Source: Rhodospirillaceae bacterium (GTDB lineage: Bacteria; Pseudomonadota; Alphaproteobacteria; UBA6615). From it: DNA of 64,000 nucleotides. The position numbers and the translations under genes were made by a program. Below, piece after piece: positions 61,792 to 64,000 of the stretch. The notes under the pieces were generated by a model. The model was not told the origin of the DNA. It saw nothing but the letters and a program-made list of their open reading frames with translations, and made no database searches. Positions within the stretch are counted from its first letter, which is position 1; each line of letters begins with the position of its first letter. The stretch is from contig PASR01000012.1 of assembly GCA_002713365.1 (NCBI GenBank), positions 9,848-73,847 on the forward strand, written 5' to 3'.

Positions 61792-64000
61792 ATGCGGATT
61801 AATCGCCGCTTCACGTTAGAGGGCAAAGATCCCTATAATGGCATAAAATTTCGTAAAACCAGCAGTGAAATAAGAAATCCAGATGGTTCAGTCGTGTTTT
61901 CTGCTAAAAATATATCAGTTCCGGAAGAATGGAGCCAGGTAGCATGTGATATATTAGCTCAAAAATATTTCAGAAAAGCTGGTGTTCCTATAATACTAAA
62001 AAGAATTCCAGATAAATCTATACCAGATTTTTTATGGTGCAGTGTTGGAGATACTGAGAAACTAAATAAATTGGCAGAGGATGAAAGATATACTAGCGAA
62101 AATGACTCTAAACAGGTTTTTAATAGACTAGCTGGCACTTGGGCTTACTGGGGTTGGAAAGGTGGATATTTTGATAGTGAAGAAGACGCACAAGCATATT
62201 TAGATGAGACATGCTATATGCTGGCAAAACAGATGGCAGCACCAAACAGCCCTCAATGGTTCAATACTGGTCTAAACTGGGCATACGGAATTGATAGCCC
62301 TGGTCAGGGACACCACTACGTTGACTACGAAACAGGAAAACTGACACGATCGAAAAGTGCATATAAACACCCCCAGCCGCACGCGTGTTTTATTCAGTCA
62401 ATATCAGATGATTTGGTAACTGATGGCGGAATAATGGACCTTTGGACACGTGAAGCAAGGCTTTTTAAATATGGTTCTGGTACAGGTACAAATTTCTCTA
62501 GCTTAAGAGGGTCAGGGGAATCTCTATCTGGCGGAGGTAAATCATCAGGTTTAATGAGTTTTTTACGTATTGGTGATAGAGCAGCCGGCGCAATAAAGTC
62601 AGGAGGAACGACTAGAAGAGCCGCTAAAATGGTAGTTGTAGATATAGATCATCCTGACGTAGAAGAATTCATTGACTGGAAAGTAATTGAAGAACAAAAA
62701 GTTGCCTCTCTTGTTACTGGTTCTAATATATGTAAACGCCATCTGATCAATATTATGGAAGCTTGTAATTCTGCGGATGTAAATATTGTTTCTGACGAAC
62801 GATTTAATCCATCTGAAAACAGTGCACTAAAAAAATCTATTAAACAGGCACGCAAAGATTTGGTGCCAGAAAACTACATTCAAAGAACTATTGATTATGC
62901 TCGCCAAGGTTACAAAGAAATGCATTTTCCGTCTTTTAACACAGACTGGGATTCAGAAGCATATAAAACAGTCTCAGGACAGAATTCAAATAACACTGTC
63001 AGAATAACTGATTCCTTTCTTAATGCTGTACAAAATGATGATTTATGGGATTTAAAACAACGTACAGATAACAAGGTTAGCAAGACTGTTAAAGCAATAG
63101 ATCTCTGGGAAAAAATTGGTTCGGCCGCATGGTCTAGCGCAGATCCTGGCATTCAGTTTGATACAACAATTAATGATTGGCACACCTGCCCTAAGTCAGG
63201 TCGTATAAATGCATCAAATCCATGTTCAGAATATATGTTTTTAGATAATACTGCTTGTAACTTGGCTTCTTTAAATCTGCTTAAGTTTAAAAAAGAAGAT
63301 GGTAGTATTAATATTGATTCGTTTGAGCATGCCGTTAGATTATGGACATTAACTTTAGAAATATCTGTTTTAATGGCCCAGTTTCCTTCTAAAGAAATCG
63401 CACGAAGGAGTTACGAGTTTAGAACTCTCGGTCTAGGATTTGCTAACATCGGAGGGTTATGTATGGCTTCCGGTATCCCCTATGATAGTGATCAGGGACG
63501 TTCATTATGTGGTGCGATAACAGCTATAATGACAGGTATATCTTACGCCACATCCGCTGAAATAGCAGGAGAAATGGGTTCTTTTCCCGGATACCCTAAA
63601 AACTCACAAGACATGCTACGCGTCATAAGAAATCACCGTCGCGCAGCATATGCTAAAAAATCTGGCTATGAGAAAATATCAACTTTTCCAGTCCCGCTAG
63701 ATACTAATAATTGTCCAAATAAAAACCTTGTGAGTAGAGCTCAAAAAGCATGGGATTTAGCACTAAAGCTTGGCGAAGAAAATGGCTTTCGTAATGCTCA
63801 AACAACAGTAATAGCACCAACTGGTACTATAGGGCTGGTAATGGATTGTGATACTACAGGGATAGAACCAGATTTTGCATTAGTTAAATTTAAGAAGCTA
63901 GCGGGAGGAGGATACTTTAAAATAATAAACCGTATGGTTCCAGATGCTCTAGTTACTTTGGGATATGATGCCAAGCAAGTTACTGAAATAATAAACTATG
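61792..64000 (+). CDS. nrdJ: Vitamin B12-dependent (class II) ribonucleotide reductase, 5' portion (continues beyond window)
   Basis: MRINRRFTLEGKDPYNGIKFRKTSSEIRNPDGSVVFSAKNISVPEEWSQVACDILAQKYFRKAGVP... is a characteristic alphaproteobacterial NrdJ N-terminus. The frame is open to the window end. Confidence 0.9.
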   Translation, partial: MRINRRFTLEGKDPYNGIKFRKTSSEIRNPDGSVVFSAKNISVPEEWSQVACDILAQKYFRKAGVPIILKRIPDKSIPDFLWCSVGDTEKLNKLAEDERYTSENDSKQVFNRLAGTWAYWGWKGGYFDSEEDAQAYLDETCYMLAKQMAAPNSPQWFNTGLNWAYGIDSPGQGHHYVDYETGKLTRSKSAYKHPQPHACFIQSISDDLVTDGGIMDLWTREARLFKYGSGTGTNFSSLRGSGESLSGGGKSSGLMSFLRIGDRAAGAIKSGGTTRRAAKMVVVDIDHPDVEEFIDWKVIEEQKVASLVTGSNICKRHLINIMEACNSADVNIVSDERFNPSENSALKKSIKQARKDLVPENYIQRTIDYARQGYKEMHFPSFNTDWDSEAYKTVSGQNSNNTVRITDSFLNAVQNDDLWDLKQRTDNKVSKTVKAIDLWEKIGSAAWSSADPGIQFDTTINDWHTCPKSGRINASNPCSEYMFLDNTACNLASLNLLKFKKEDGSINIDSFEHAVRLWTLTLEISVLMAQFPSKEIARRSYEFRTLGLGFANIGGLCMASGIPYDSDQGRSLCGAITAIMTGISYATSAEIAGEMGSFPGYPKNSQDMLRVIRNHRRAAYAKKSGYEKISTFPVPLDTNNCPNKNLVSRAQKAWDLALKLGEENGFRNAQTTVIAPTGTIGLVMDCDTTGIEPDFALVKFKKLAGGGYFKIINRMVPDALVTLGYDAKQVTEIINY

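Noticed and set aside
1-64000. CRISPR arrays, rRNA operons, IS elements, toxin-antitoxin or defence-island genes
   Set aside because: I scanned the intergenic regions and small ORFs. No regularly spaced direct repeats, no rRNA-like conserved stretches, and no transposase, integrase or recognisable defence or TA proteins were found. The window is essentially core chromosome.

Overview
This 64 kb window is AT-rich and looks like core chromosome from an alphaproteobacterium. The lineage is a judgement, not something I could search: it rests on a Ros/MucR regulator, an NDUFA12-like gene beside DUF2155, a Cbp3-like chaperone beside YceD, and the yceD-rpmF-plsX-fabH-ihfA-merR-tRNA-Pro gene order. 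The overall content fits a streamlined free-living marine heterotroph (SAR11-like), but that is inference. Coding is dense on both strands, and I found no transposase, integrase, CRISPR array or rRNA.

Main blocks, in order:
- Left edge: argC (3' end runs off the window), a YwqK/MORN-variant repeat protein, a bacterial voltage-gated Na+ channel (BacNav), a possible DUF1826 protein and a CorC/HlyC transporter.
- rplM-rpsI, then an operon of enoyl-CoA hydratase, two tandem CoA-binding proteins and metY.
- ytoQ, a quinone oxidoreductase, tRNA-Pro(GGG), then merR-ihfA-fabH-plsX-rpmF-yceD with a Cbp3-like chaperone.
- bamE, the H+-pyrophosphatase hppA, an MFS transporter.
- thiL-nusB-ribH-ribBA-ribE-ribD-nrdR-glyA-rpiB.
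- mucR, a cupin, a glutaryl-CoA dehydrogenase broken by an in-frame TGA, then a textbook TPP riboswitch driving thiO-thiS-thiG.
- A valine-catabolism block (mmsB, 3-hydroxyisobutyryl-CoA hydrolase, acyl-CoA dehydrogenase), hemB, and bpt.
- A TRAP transporter (dctPQM) whose Q and M subunits are much larger than usual.
- bioY, parC, recO-era-rnc-lepB (lepB carries a +1 frameshift in an A9 run), acpS-pdxJ, a PhyH-family dioxygenase, rsh (RelA/SpoT), rpoZ, folK, a UDG, aroQ-accB-accC, aat, DUF2155, two tandem MlaD/MCE proteins, the NDUFA12-like gene, and the 5' part of class II RNR nrdJ preceded by palindromic candidate operators.

The items I would look at first are the atypical TRAP system, the BacNav/MORN-repeat pair, the two disrupted genes (gcdH and lepB), the apparently non-AUG start of thiO behind the riboswitch, and the catalytically degenerate RibA domain of RibBA.
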